A stretch of 64,000 bases of DNA, from NCBI RefSeq assembly GCF_018350175.1, contig NC_058368.1:233804001-233868000 (forward strand), in the 5' to 3' direction. Below the pieces are notes generated by a model that saw only the letters and a list, made by a program, of their open reading frames with translations, searched no databases and had not been told where the DNA came from. The position numbers and the translations under genes were made by a program. Each line of letters opens with the position of its first letter. Within the stretch, counting starts at the first letter, position 1. Below, one piece after another: positions 47,747 through 60,150 of this stretch. The stretch is from Felis catus (taxonomy: Eukaryota).

Positions 47747-48324
47747 GAGGGGCATGACCTTCTTTTAAATATCCCTTAGAATTAAAAGCACCTCTTCCAA
47801 ATCAATAGCTAGCCAGGCGAGGGATGTCCCCATTCACACTAAGAGGTGCTCCTCATTCATGATCTCCTGGCCACTATCTGACCCTCAGGACAATAGGTCT
47901 CGTGGAATCTTTCACTTTAACAATTATTTGAATGTAGACTTTGTGCCTGCGGCTAGGCATGGCACAATCGGACCTGAGAATGCTCTCCTCCCTAATGTGG
48001 CTGAAGTCAGGGAAATGGTCAGGGAGGTGACACATCATGGTAAGTGACCTTGAAACTCTCCCCAGCCCCATGTTCCCACCAGGAGGATTATGATACTTGG
48101 ATGAGCTACTCTCAGACCCCATCCCACCGAAGCAGATCAGGGGGTTCTGGCAGCTTCTAAGCACGTACTCCGGGGCAGGGCGTGGCAGGACCCAGCTGTG
48201 CTGTAGGGAACAGCTGTTGGAACAGAGATGCCTCAGGCCATCTCTGCCTGGCCTCCACTCTAGTGCATTCTAACAGGTTTCTTTTGTTTGTTTGTTTGCT
48301 TGTGGTTTGTTTGTTTGTTTGTTT

Positions 48325-48700
48325 GGGTGAGGTTCTTTGAGGTATGATTTGCATAACTATACCTAATACACAGCGCATGGAATAAAATTCACTCCTTTAG
48401 GTGTACAATCTCATGAATTTTTAAGAAAAGCTTGCAGTCGGTGACTACCACCACGTTCAAGATATAGAATAGTTCTTTCACCCCACGAGGGCCCCCTGTG
48501 TAGGCAGCAGCCGACCTAGCTTCTCCCTCTATGTTGTTCCAGCACGTCATAGCAATGAAATCAGCCAGTATGGAGCTTTCTGATTGCGACTCTCTTCACC
48601 TAACGTGATACAACTGAGATTCAGCCACGTGGTTGTGTGATGAGTAGTTTGTCCCTTTTTATTACTGAGGCATGTTCCCCTGGATGGGGGCACAAGGTCG
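48325..48700 (-). mobile_element. Old L1 3' end fragment
   Basis: ttgaggtatgatttgcat...aaaattcactcctttaggtgtaca...caccacgttcaagatatagaatagtt. Confidence 0.75.
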
Positions 48701-48732
48701 ACTCTAGGCTATGTGCATATGCTATCTCCTTT

Positions 48733-48949
48733 TTTTTTTTTTTTAAACATTTTTATTTATTTTTGGGACAGAGAGAGGCAGAGCATGAACGGGGAAGGGG
48801 CAGAGAGAGAGGGAGACACAGGATTGGAAACAGGCTCCAGGCTCCGAGCCATCAGCCCAGAGCCTGACGCGGGGCTCGAACTCACGGACCGCGAGATCGT
48901 GACCTGGCTGAAGTCGGACGCTTAACCGACTGCGCCACCCAGGCGCCCC
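48733..48949 (-). mobile_element. Young felid CAN-SINE
   Basis: TSD tatctccttt. CpG-intact head. Confidence 0.97.
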
Positions 48950-49858
48950 ATATCTCCTTTAATCCTTACTGCAGCTTTAGGATGGAGATTCTTACTGTCC
49001 CTGTTTCTTAGATGAAAAACTTAAAGCTGGAAAGTTGAGTGATTGCCCACATTCAGCTAAATTTTGAGTAGATTTGGAAGGCCATCGTTATACGCTGACT
49101 CCCCTGCACACATGTAGCATATACAACTAATACGTTAACCCAAAGAAGCCAGGTAAGTACTCTAGCTTTCCAAACAGCACAGGATTTTCAGCCATCATTT
49201 CATCTTAGCTTGAAGGAGTCCTGGGTGTCGTCTGGTCTCTCCATCCTCCAAGTCTAGTATGGTCTCAGGTTCCAAGCCTTCTGAGGCTTCTGGACACCAA
49301 ACACAGAAGTGGCTACCTGGGGCCATTTCTTCTAAAATCAGTCTTACATGATGTAGAGCCACAGCTCCACCTGATAATATCCCAACGTCGGTGGCAATAT
49401 GCCATTTGGGGAACATACAAGTTTGGGGGGGTTGGAAAAAAGGATTTTTTTTCCTTAAGATAAAGAGCATGAGATTGTTAGTGTGAAATTGCTCGGGTCC
49501 ATCCCAGATATTTGAATGAGGCCTTTGCGAGTGAGCGCCGTGAATTCAAAGGTTCGTAAACTTCACGATGGTTTCCTCTCTCTCGTGCTGTTTTACTTAT
49601 TATTTTTTTGAACAACAGTGAATATTTTGGGAAATCTTTAATAGAGATTAATTCAGCCAATGGGTTTTATTAAAATAACTTATTGTCAACTTATTTTATT
49701 GAATCTTTGATATTTTTGGCCCAATTCTCTACACAAGAAAAATGGTAACCATTACTCATACGGAAGGGTCTGTTGGGCCAAGAGATGGAAGTCATTTGGA
49801 AGCGATGGTCTACAGGTTGTCTCAGCCCAGCGTGTGGGGAGGCAACAAAAAAGTTTTT

Positions 49859-50079
49859 AGGCTTATTTATTTATTTTAAGAGAGAGAGAGGGAGAAAGAG
49901 AGAGTACAAGTGGGGGATGGGCAGAGAGAGAGAGGGAGAGAGAGAGAGAGAATCCCCAGCAGGCCCCGCCCTCATAGTGTGGAACCTGACTCAGGACGTG
50001 AACTCTTGAACCGTGAGATTGTGACCTGAGGCGATATCAGGAGACAGACGCTTAACCACCTGAGCCACCTCGACGGCCC
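49859..50079 (-). mobile_element. CAN-SINE (older, diverged)
   Basis: GA linker and a diverged head. Confidence 0.9.
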
Positions 50080-50134
50080 AAAAGTTCTTTTTAATTAGAT
50101 CAAACTACGCGGCAGATCTAGTATGTAAAATTTT

Positions 50135-50364
50135 TTTTTTAAAAACATTTTTTTTCAACATTTATTTATTTATTTTTTTGGGACAGAGAGAGACAGAGCA
50201 TGAACGGGGGAGGGGCAGAGAGAGAGGGAGACACAGAATCGGAAACAGGCTCCAGGCTCCGAGCCATCAGCCCAGAGCCCGACGCGGGGCTCGAACTCAC
50301 GGACCGCGAGATCACGACCTGGCTGAAGTCGGACGCCCAACCGACTGCGCCACCCAGGCGCCCC
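50135..50364 (-). mobile_element. Young felid CAN-SINE
   Basis: Perfect 16-bp TSD tagtatgtaaaatttt. Confidence 0.97.
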
Positions 50365-51590
50365 TAGTATGTAAAATTTTACCCCGTCATCAACTCAGCT
50401 GAGCAAACAACATAACACCTTTCTGTATGTAATTTATTATAACTGGATTAATTTTTACCTGAGCCTTCTCTTCCAGCAACAGTCACAACTTCATCTTAGT
50501 GGACCGAGTGTGGACAAATGCAGGCATTTCACCTCCCCAGCACTTCACACGAGTCTGTCTAGACCCCGGCGTGGTGAGGGGGGTGGTTTGATAGGTGCCG
50601 GTGTAGGGTGGAGGTCATCGCCTCCCAGCATGGGATTGGGTCATCACCTCCCAGCATGGGCTTTCCTGGGTGCGCTCGGAGGACTGTCTGTCCTCCACAC
50701 CAGCATCCCCAGGAGGGTCTGCTTCCGTGCCTGCTCCCTGGAGGCTGGACTTTGGTCCAGTGGCGAGGCCCCGCCACGTGTGCCGTATTTCTAGATCAAG
50801 CTCTGCTCCTCTCTTTGCTGCATATTTTATTGGTCCCTGTGGTGACTCTGAGAATTTCAGGGCTGACCGAGGAAAAGAAAATACAGGACCACGAGATGAC
50901 AATATTGCACGACCAGCGTGACTGAGGGGCATTTGGATAGGACTGCGTGACAGAAGAAGTCCTCCCAGCTGGAAAACTTCCAGAGACAGCTGCACAGGCC
51001 ACTGGCCGGAAAAGACAGAGGATGAGGAACTTCCGGCGGCAGAGGGGACATGGAGAGTGGGCGTTTGATGTCCAGATGATGTTGGCAGCAGCTAGGTCGG
51101 GGCGGAGGGGGGTGTCTCTGGGTCAGGGAACTCTGAGGGAAATGGCGGTTTGGGTCTCTTATAGCCAAAGGACTCATCTCATCTACAGGTGGTAGATGTT
51201 GGGTGCAGTTTCACGGGGTTTGCAAAGCAACCAGGCTCTAAATAGCTACAAATCTGCCTATTTGGGGTCTCTTGAAAGCAATTGGATGTGTGAAATTTGA
51301 CTTTGGTGCCAGTGGGCTGTGAGCTAATGGTTGTAGCCTGCTGTGAGGTAAACGATGCCGGGGCCATCTTTGGTGTATCCATACGGTAACCCCTACACAG
51401 CACTGGACCGCTCAGGAAGTTTCGAGGCTTCCTCAGCCCTAGCCCCCCGTGCTTTTTCCCTGGGCACTACACTGAGTATTAAGAGGACTCCATGAGTCTC
51501 ACCATCTCTCTGGCTCCAGATGCTGACACGTGGCTCTTCCTCAGTCTCAGTTTCCCACTGGTCTAGGTATTTTACAAAAAAAGTCTTTTA

Positions 51591-51790
51591 GGGGCACCGG
51601 GGTGGCCCAGTCGGATAAGAGTCTGACTCCTGATCTCAGCTCAGGTCATGATCTCACAGTCAGGAGATCGAGCCCTGAGTCAGGTTCCATGCTGAGCACG
51701 GAGTTTGCTTGGGTTTCTCTCTCTCCCTCTCTCTGTGCCCCTCTCCTACTCATGCTCTCTCTCTCAAAATAAATACATGAAAATTTTATA
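51591..51790 (+). mobile_element. CAN-SINE (older)
   Basis: Head, CT linker and tail. Degenerate TSD aaaaaagtctttta / aaaaaagtggttta. Confidence 0.94.
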
Positions 51791-53837
51791 AAAAAGTGGT
51801 TTAGATTGAACCACAGGGTTGGGAAGAAAATAAGAATTCCGCAGAGAATAAAAATGGAGCAAAATCCGAAAACCTGTGTTCTCTGTGACAACTCCTCAGC
51901 CAGCCTCTACTCAGTGGCACAGATAATCTGATGATTTGTGCTTGGAAACTCAGCCACCTCACGTTCACACCTTGGATCCAACGCAGTTGCTCTGATCCCA
52001 GAACACGGAATGAGATCAGGTTCATTTATGTGCAGATACACAACCTATCCTCGTGCAAATACGCATCGACCCTAATTGTGTTTCGGAATCTGGGTTATCC
52101 GCAACGAGTGTGATAATCTTGCAGTTAAAGCTGGTCCCCAAAATCGAACGCCCGGAGTTGGTATCACTCTCGCTATTGACACGGAAAAGTAACTGACTTA
52201 CTCAATAAAGGTTCACTAAATGCCTGCAATATTTTATACTTCATCCATGAAAAGATGGTGACATTTTTCTCATGCACCTTTAAAAATTTCCAACCCAGCC
52301 CAATTACTTCAACAGCCTTCCTCTTGTAAGGGAAAGTATTTGTTGCCAGCGGTGGAAGTTTATTGTCCACTCGACACCACAGTGCTGTTGTCTGTAATGG
52401 GACGATTTCTACTGTTTTCTCAAGCTTTATTACTCAATTGTTTCCCCTAGTGTTCTGATCAAACTTCAGAGAGGAACGTAATGGCGAGAATAACATGCCT
52501 AATGTTTTGTCCGTTATCCAGGATAACTAGAACGGTAATAGTTTTATGACACACAACATGATCATGTCCGCGAATATTGCTTTGCATGTAAGCTTTTAAA
52601 AAAATAAAGGCTTACATAGAAAAGAGAGCCAAATATAAAGACAAGAAAGCCAATAATAACCCATGTAAAATATTGGAGGGCAGAATTTAAATCTCAGAGC
52701 ATCTCATTCTTTGCTAAACCCATTCTATTTCTGGAAAAAATCTAGAGCACTGATGTGAAGATGGCTTAGATTTCATTTCAGGGTTTCAAGACACTTTTTT
52801 TGTCAAAGAAAATGTGCCACCATTGTTTAGCAAAGAATCCAAGCTTGTTCGTGTGACCACAGGGTCCATCAGCATAAGCGTACAATTACTGGAGGCGGAA
52901 ATAAAAGACTGGTGAACCCAGCTAAACCGAAGGCGAACGATCCGGTCTAGGCTGTTAGTGTAAGCTCACACCTTAGAAATCTAAGCACAAATACCGAAGG
53001 TGTAGGTGTGATGTCACAGGTTCCAGTGTGTGATGCATCCAAAAGCATCATCTTGTATAACACACGATATGCAAACACACATTTTTCCCCACTCACTTTG
53101 GCTTTGTTGGTTAGTTCCTCTGTTAGGAAATGTCCTTTGAAAACAAGGCAGGAAATGGAAGAGCACAGAATAATACAGAGCTTTCTTTTCCCCTGTAGTG
53201 ATAGTGTCGGGTGGTTATATGCGTGATGTCTGTGCAAGGCAAGAGCAATAATGGAATAAGAATTCTCCCTTTAATTAAAAATAAACTGTAGCTTTTTCCC
53301 CTTTCATATGTTTATTATCTGTCTGTAGTTGGAGAGTTGACGTAGTTTATTTTTGTATTTAGTATGCTCAGATATCACATGCCACAGTATCCTTATTATC
53401 TTCTTTCTAATCTTTTTTGACTTTTCATATAAAATGGCATTGGTATGTGAGATAACCTGTAGACTCTAATATCTTTGCATATGTATATATAGTGTGACTT
53501 ACAGTATTAAAAAGGATGCGCATATATTTGTTGGTAAAAAACATCATCTTAGAAAAGCCATGCTGTGAAAAAGGGAGAGTGAATCTGTTTGTGGGCCTGT
53601 AGGGGTGCTGGTGCCGTCATCACATTACATTCAGCAAAGAGGCCGAGTGTCTTTCAGCAAACTTCCATCACTGGGTCCGAGCTCGTCATGACCTCCGCCT
53701 ACTTCAAGGCTGACACCAGTCCAACCCCAGGAACAGAATCCAGGATGCACCAAATTGCTGTGGGCTGCGTGTGGGATAGTGGCTGTTTCAATGGGGGAGG
53801 CTATTAAGGGAATGACTATGAGATTATGCGTCAGATG

Positions 53838-54058
53838 TTTATTTTTTTAATTATTTTTAAAATGGTTTATTTTATTTTTGAGAGAGAGAGAGAGAGAGAG
53901 AGAGCGAGCCTGCAGGGGAGGGGCAGAGAGAGACGGGGACAGAGGATCCTAAGTGGAGCCTGACGCGGGGTTTGATGTGGGGCTCAAACTCACAAACCAG
54001 GAGATCATGACCTGAGCCGAAGTCAGCCGTTCAACCCACTGAGCCACCCGGGTGCCCC
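53838..54058 (-). mobile_element. CAN-SINE
   Basis: T-rich tail, (GA)n linker, head ending gggtgcccc. Confidence 0.94.
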
Positions 54059-55196
54059 TATTGGATTTTTAAATTTGTAACCATAATAGCTAATAGATTT
54101 TGAACTTTTTCTATGCTTGAGCGCTCCCTTGTAATGCTATCTCTAATTTAATCTTCACTTTCAACCTAATTTCACCAGCTAGGTGAGCCAGAGCTAAGAC
54201 ATAAACTCAGATCTGTAGTTTGCCAACGCAAGCCCTGCCCTATGCTACCCTTTTCTTTATGGTAGATCACCACCGGTCCCCTCCACATCTTTATCTGGGA
54301 CATTACAGATGCTCTGTGATGTTGCCACTGCTTCAGGCAAAGGAAAATTCGGTATGCTTGCAGCAAATCACACCTCAGATAGAAATAGTGTTTTTAATTT
54401 TGTTACTTTCAGCTCTTCCTGGGGATCTGAGATGCCTGTCTGTTTCGATAGCGGTACTATATTCATTTATTTTTCTAAGATAATCTGTTCTCCGTATTCG
54501 ACTTGCTTAGATCTCTGAAAGCCTCTTCCTAAGGGAGCAAACCCCTCCACCATGGATTTCACAGGGCTTTTACCCCAACAGCCTCGTTCACCCGGCGTTT
54601 GTGAGGATGTGTTTCACGGTTGTAAGAGTCATGAGGAAATGCGCAAATTCTCCACCTTCCTCGTGCTCTGACTGCATCCTTGATCCTTGAGGGCAATCCA
54701 TCATTTAGGAAAGGATGATGGGAGCCATTTACCGATTATAAATGTGTCTCATCTGTAGGCTCCCTATAAATATCTGTTCTCAATTTACTCTAGAGTCACC
54801 CACACACTGAGGGTACCGAGTGTTATTTTTATCAGTCAGTGTTGAGTTTTGTGATCCATGATGTTCCGGGTTTAATGGCAAACAACGAGTTTTCCAAAAC
54901 AACAGCCTACATGTTCCTGATAACACGAACAATTAACAACTTGAATGTACCAAAATATTATCCACTGTTTTACATATGAAAACCAATGTCATTTATGTTC
55001 ATGGAAAGAAGATTCCTTTTAAGGAACTAAAAGATTTTAATTTCAGTTTGACAAAAACTGCTAATAGGAAGGGAAGAAATGAAAAAATTGTAGGAAATAC
55101 ATATTAATCTCCTATGGTTTCAATGTACTATCATAAAGCTTCAATTTTGTAAATGTAATCATTTTCTGAATAGATGTATCTCAGTGGTTATATATT

Positions 55197-55394
55197 AAGA
55201 TTTCTCAACATCTGTTGGCATTTTCGGTTGGGTAATTCTTTGGCGTGAGTGGCTATGCTGTAGACTGCAGGATGTTTAGCAGCCTCCCTGCCCTCTACCC
55301 ACTAGATTCTAGTAATAAGCTCCAACAGTGTCTCCAGAGATGTCATTGCCCAATGTCTCTTGAGGGACAAAAATCTTCCCCAGTTGACAACCAC
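55197..55394 (-). mobile_element. MER20 hAT-Charlie MITE
   Basis: tttctcaac...aggatgtttagcagc.tccctg.cctctacccactagat...gttgacaaccac matches MER20. Confidence 0.88.
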
Positions 55395-55418
55395 AGAGAT
55401 ATTTTTTTTTATATATGC

Positions 55419-55607
55419 TTTTTTTTTTTTTGAGAGAGAGAAAGTGGGAGCAGGGGAGGGGCAGAGGGAGAGGGAGAGAGAGAATCCCAAGCAGGCTCCA
55501 CACCCGGTGCAGAGCCCGACACAGGGCTCAGTCCCACACCCGTGAGATCATGACCTGAGCAGAAATCAAGAGTCGGACGCTTAACCAAATGAGCCGCCCA
55601 GGCGCCC
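55419..55607 (-). mobile_element. CAN-SINE
   Basis: T tail, GA linker and head. Confidence 0.94.
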
Positions 55608-55819
55608 TTTTATACGCTGTTTTTGACTTTGATATTTTTCAGGGATAAAAGGTTGTAACTAGAAAAAAAAAAGGCTCTCAACTTATTTAAGGTGTAAAAC
55701 AAACAAACAACAACAAAAAGCCAGTAACATTTCTAAATAAAATGACTACAAACATACACCCAAAATGTGTTAATAAAAAACAGACATTCCTTGATTTAAG
55801 AATGACACGGAATTAGTTG

Positions 55820-56582
55820 TGTGTTGCTGTTTACAAATTACTCCACAAGTTAGCAACTTAAACAAACATTTATTATCTCAGTTTCTGTGACCGGGAATTC
55901 AAGGGGTAGCGTAGCCGGGTGGGTAGTTCTGTTTCTCAGGTCTCCCATTAGGTTGGAGTTAAGATGTCAGCCAAAGCTCCAGTCACCTCAAGACTTGACT
56001 AGGGCTGAAGGACTGTCTTCTGAGACACTCACGTGGGTGTGAACAAACTTTAGCTTCTCCCAGGCTGTGGACTGAGCCCTCTGTACTTTATCACCTCTGT
56101 TGGCTTCTTCATAGGCCGTTCTTACGACATGGTGTCAGTTTCATCCAGCATGGGTGATCTGAGAATGAACGAAACCACACCGGATATAGAAGCTTCATGC
56201 TTTCAAAAAAATTTTTTTTCTGTTTATTTATTTTTGAGAGAGGGCCAGCGGGGTAGGGGCAGAGACAGAGGGGGAAAGAGGATCTGAATCTGGCTCTGTG
56301 CTCACAGCAGAGAGCCCCATGGAGGGCTTAAACTCACGAAACGAGATCATGACCTGAGTCAAAGTCTGACGCTCAACCGACTGAGCTACCCAGGCCCCCA
56401 GAAACCACATGCTTTTTATAATCTGATTTTGGAAATGTTATCCCATCGTCCTGCCATAAGAAGTGAGCCAGTATGACCTGCTCACCTTCACTGGGCGGGC
56501 GTCACGCCAGCGCATGGGCATCAGGAGGCAAGGAGGCAAGGAGGCCAGGACCACTGGGAGCCATCAAACTCTTCCCACCACA
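55820..56582 (-). mobile_element. MaLR solo LTR (MLT1F/G-like) split by a SINE
   Basis: ttgctgtttacaaattactcca..agttagcaacttaaacaa.catttattatctcagtttctgtg. Confidence 0.75.
56211..56399 (-). mobile_element. CAN-SINE
   Basis: Tail, linker and head, within the MLT1 element. Confidence 0.94.
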
Positions 56583-57859
56583 GTCAACAATTAGCTTCCT
56601 GTGAAATGAGAATCCGAACCCTCCCTTGCTTTGCTGATAACCACCTTCCATAGCTTGGGACCTTTTTCTCAGTTGGATCACGTGCAGCTTTGTCAACGAG
56701 TCCCGAGTCAGTTTTGAGTCAAAAGCCCCTTCTCGGCCCCCACCAATCTTTGTCAAAACATCCAATGATTCACTGGAATTACTATCAGTGACTTGGCAGT
56801 GAGGGAGACTCCTCCTTCCTATCACTGAGACAGTAGCCAAGCAGACGGCTCTTAACTCGGAAGCCCTAGGTGGCCGGGAGACATCCTGCCACTGGTCCCC
56901 TGGTCTCCAAACCGAACTCCACCTCTTACTGTGCATCTTTGAGCTTGTTTTTCTGACCCTCAAAATGTCTTCCACAGGATGAGACTGACGTGACCTATGT
57001 CTCGGGATTATTGTGGAAACCAAATGAAGACACATGTAGAAAGTGCCTACAGCATGGTAGAAATTTTAAATAATTTTTCTGTATTCATCGATTTCTATAA
57101 GGGAGCAGTTGTTAATGGTGCTGCACACGCAGGGCTCTGTATTTGTATTAAATTACAGTTAAGTACCATTTGCCAGTCTAGTCTGGGTTGTAAACAGCAG
57201 TGAAATCTGAGCTACTTTGGGAAAATGCTTTGAGTTCCAAGATGTCTGATTTGGAATGAGCTTTTGAATGATGCCTTATTTTTAATGTGAGGACAATCTG
57301 TGATAGTCAGATTTGTTTCCTTGTACTTACTAGTGATTTCAACCACATTCCTGATAGAACCATCCTCTCAGGCAGAATCCTGGAATAGGAAACAAGAATT
57401 CTGGAATCAGGCCTGGTACCAATTGTTAGGGTCATTCTGGGCAGGTGGCTCAGTTTCAGTTGGCTTATTTTTCTGAGTTTACAATGAATGAGGCATACGG
57501 ATGAGGTAATCTCCAAGGCCACATCTGATAAAATTCTGTGCTATTCATCATGCTGGAAACAGTAATGTCATGGGGACGATCAGCCCATAAAGCAGAAAAG
57601 TTTTTCTAAAATGTGCCCCCGTCATGTTATTTAGAAAGGACTGCTGGTCTCTATGCTGAGGTAGGTGTATGAATACGTATTGAGCTAAATGATTTTGCCA
57701 CTGTGCAAATCTCGGTGGAAAGTTGTAGAAGTCTTTCCTTAGTAGGAATTGGTAGCTGTTGAGATGCTAGTGACCAATGTCTTCTGAAAACAGGTAAGTT
57801 AAGGGGAAGAAACAAACAAAACAAACATTTACTCTTTTTTCCTGGGTCAATGGTACGTA

Positions 57860-58770
57860 CCATTGGCTTACCAAATAGTGGACAAAGAGAAGTTTTTATT
57901 TATAGAAGTGTTCCAGTTAATATATAAATAAGGTATGATAGAAATTAAAATACAGCCATTTTGTAGTCCCCAGGAAGTGAATCTAGTCAGTGAGCATCGA
58001 CAGCAGCTAACATCACAGGAGAGAATCAGATCCCATGAGCCTCCACACAGAGGTCCACGACACCACTCTTGCCTTAAAAATTGAACTCAAATCTGATCAA
58101 GTTCATCTGGATTCCATTATCTGTGTGAATGACACACAGAGCACAGCGTGACATGAAAATAACACCATGTGGATGCAAGCAGTAAAATTCAGTCCGCGGA
58201 AACCTCTACAGGACCAACCGATCTTACTTCTTTCGCAAATATGCTATAAGGGAAAAATGATCTGTAGAGAAAACCCCGCTCGTTAAAAGAGACATAAGAG
58301 ATTTATCAATCAATTGTAACGTGTGGTTGCATCCAAATGCAAACAAACGGTAAAAAATGTAAAGAAGTTTTGTGACATTTATGACATAGAGTTTTGAGTA
58401 TTGACTAAAGAGCCTTGATGATATCAAAACATTGCAATTTGCAATTTTTAAGTGTCAATTGTTTAAATGACTACTATATGAATATAGTACTCATGTTAAA
58501 GAGAAGAAGTCCACAAATCTTAGGTACATTCTGACCTATTTAGACATGAACTGATAAATTTTCTTCAAATTATTGCGGGGATGGGGAATACTGTAGGGGG
58601 AACATAAATGCAAAAATGGCATAATGTGGTGGTGAGGGAGTCATACATGGAGACCACACAGATGATCCTAAAATGACCTGAAATAGTTAAGGTGGGTGAC
58701 AGAAACGTGGAGGTTTATTACCCAATTTTATGTGTATGTTTGGAAATTTTCACCAGCGATTGAGAAGAAA
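57860..58770 (+). mobile_element. Old L1 (L1MC4/5-like) 3'UTR
   Basis: tttatagaagtgttccagttaat...cagctaacatcaca...taaaagagacataagagatttatcaatcaattgtaa...tatgtttggaaattttca. Confidence 0.75.
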
Positions 58771-58940
58771 AATAGAACTCTCTATTCTCAAACCTGTTCC
58801 ATATTTATAAAAGCCACCGAAAACAGATATTTGGGCATCCAAGTGTAGTCTAAAATGGACTTTGTGAAAATTCAACTTCATAGCCAATAACAAAATGCTA
58901 ACTTTCCCCCTAGCTTTAAGAGTTGGAAATGGAATATAAA

Positions 58941-59184
58941 CAGTGGTATGCCAGCTCATAGAAGTTCACGAGAATTGGTGATTAAAATTTTCAATCGTTA
59001 AACACAGCCATTATTAAAATTAAATTATATAGACATAATTTAATCAATCACACGCGTAAACTGTGCATGATTTAATCAACTGTATGCATATATTGAAAAT
59101 AAATATTCAAAACTCATTACCCCTTAATTATTTTACTGTATTTTCCTATTTCTACCCTCTTAAGGTTATTTGCATCTACTCTCC

Positions 59185-59230
<46 letters not shown>

Positions 59231-59422
59231 GCCATATATGCATATGCTGTATATGATGCTGTGCATCTCTTTGCAACTCCACGGTCAGCAATATCATGAT
59301 GATTGCTTGAAACTGGCCATGGCGGAGTATTTACAGCATAGAAATTGGCCAATACTACAAACCAAAGCTATTTTTTGTTTCCCCCAAGGGCCAGTTGTTA
59401 ATCATTTACCAGCACACCATTG
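58941..59422. mobile_element. MER63-like hAT-Blackjack element with internal (TA)n (59187-59227)
   Basis: cagtggt... start, ggagtatttaca.catagaaattggc, and end ccagttgttaa.catttaccagcacacca.tg. Confidence 0.8.
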
Positions 59423-59944
59423 ACATAAGGAGTCATCCATTTGGCTCTAATATGAATAAAATATGCTTATAAGACTTAACATTATTTATTTAGAGAAATG
59501 CTCAAGAAATAACTATCTCTGTCACCACACTGTCCCTTTCTTTTATACCCGTGCATTATATGTCTGTTTCCGCTATTCTCCGTGAGCTCCTGAGGGTAGG
59601 GAATGCATTTACTCATCAGTCTTCTCCCAATGTTGGAAAAGTGGCTGGTGCAGTTGGCTGACTGAATAATGAAGTGATGAATTTCTATTTATTTAGCCTC
59701 ATCAACGTGACCATCATCCCAGATCTATGGAGATACAGGAGAGGTATAAACATTTTCTTTCCCCTCAAAGGGTCATTGTCTAGTTGGGTTACCCCACTGG
59801 TAGTTTGAACAATGGTATCAGTGATATACAATCATTTACCAATTTTTTAGACAGAAATTATAAATTCTAAAGGAGACCAATGAACTAGCAGTTATTAATT
59901 AATATTAATTATCCTAGATGGATGCTCACCAAGTTCTGGTCTAG

Positions 59945-60150
59945 GAACACACCGCATACCAGGTACTATGCTAAATAACTTGTAGGCATTTCATTTAATG
60001 ACTTTAATGGTATTGTGAGATAGAAATATTACCTCCATGTTACAGATAAAAAAACCGAGCCTCAAAAAGATTAAGTAATTTTCAGCAAGAGGTAAGGCTT
60101 AGATTTTATCTCAGATCGTCTGTTTTCACAGGTCAGGCTCTGAAGCATTT
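59945..60150 (-). mobile_element. MIR remnant
   Basis: ccaggtactatgctaa...tttcatttaat...ccatgttacagat.a..aaaaccgag.ctca.a.agattaagtaa. Confidence 0.75.

Noticed and set aside
50510..51195. Dense overlapping ORFs in a GC-rich stretch
   Set aside because: Expected from GC content. No recognisable protein or coherent splice pattern.
1069..56399. tRNA-like A/B-box sequences and dispersed ~200-bp repeats as tRNA genes or a CRISPR-like array
   Set aside because: They are tRNA-derived SINE heads with CT linkers, A tails and TSDs. Spacing is irregular and there is no repeat-spacer structure.
9409..56410. Recurring peptides such as GSSPASGSVLTAQSLEPASDSVSPSLS and RERGRHRIGNRLQALSHQPRARRGA, resembling a gene family
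   Set aside because: These are translations of CAN-SINE copies in different frames.
56502..57035. 177-aa minus-strand ORF
   Set aside because: Spans MIR and MLT1 remnants, so a chance open frame.
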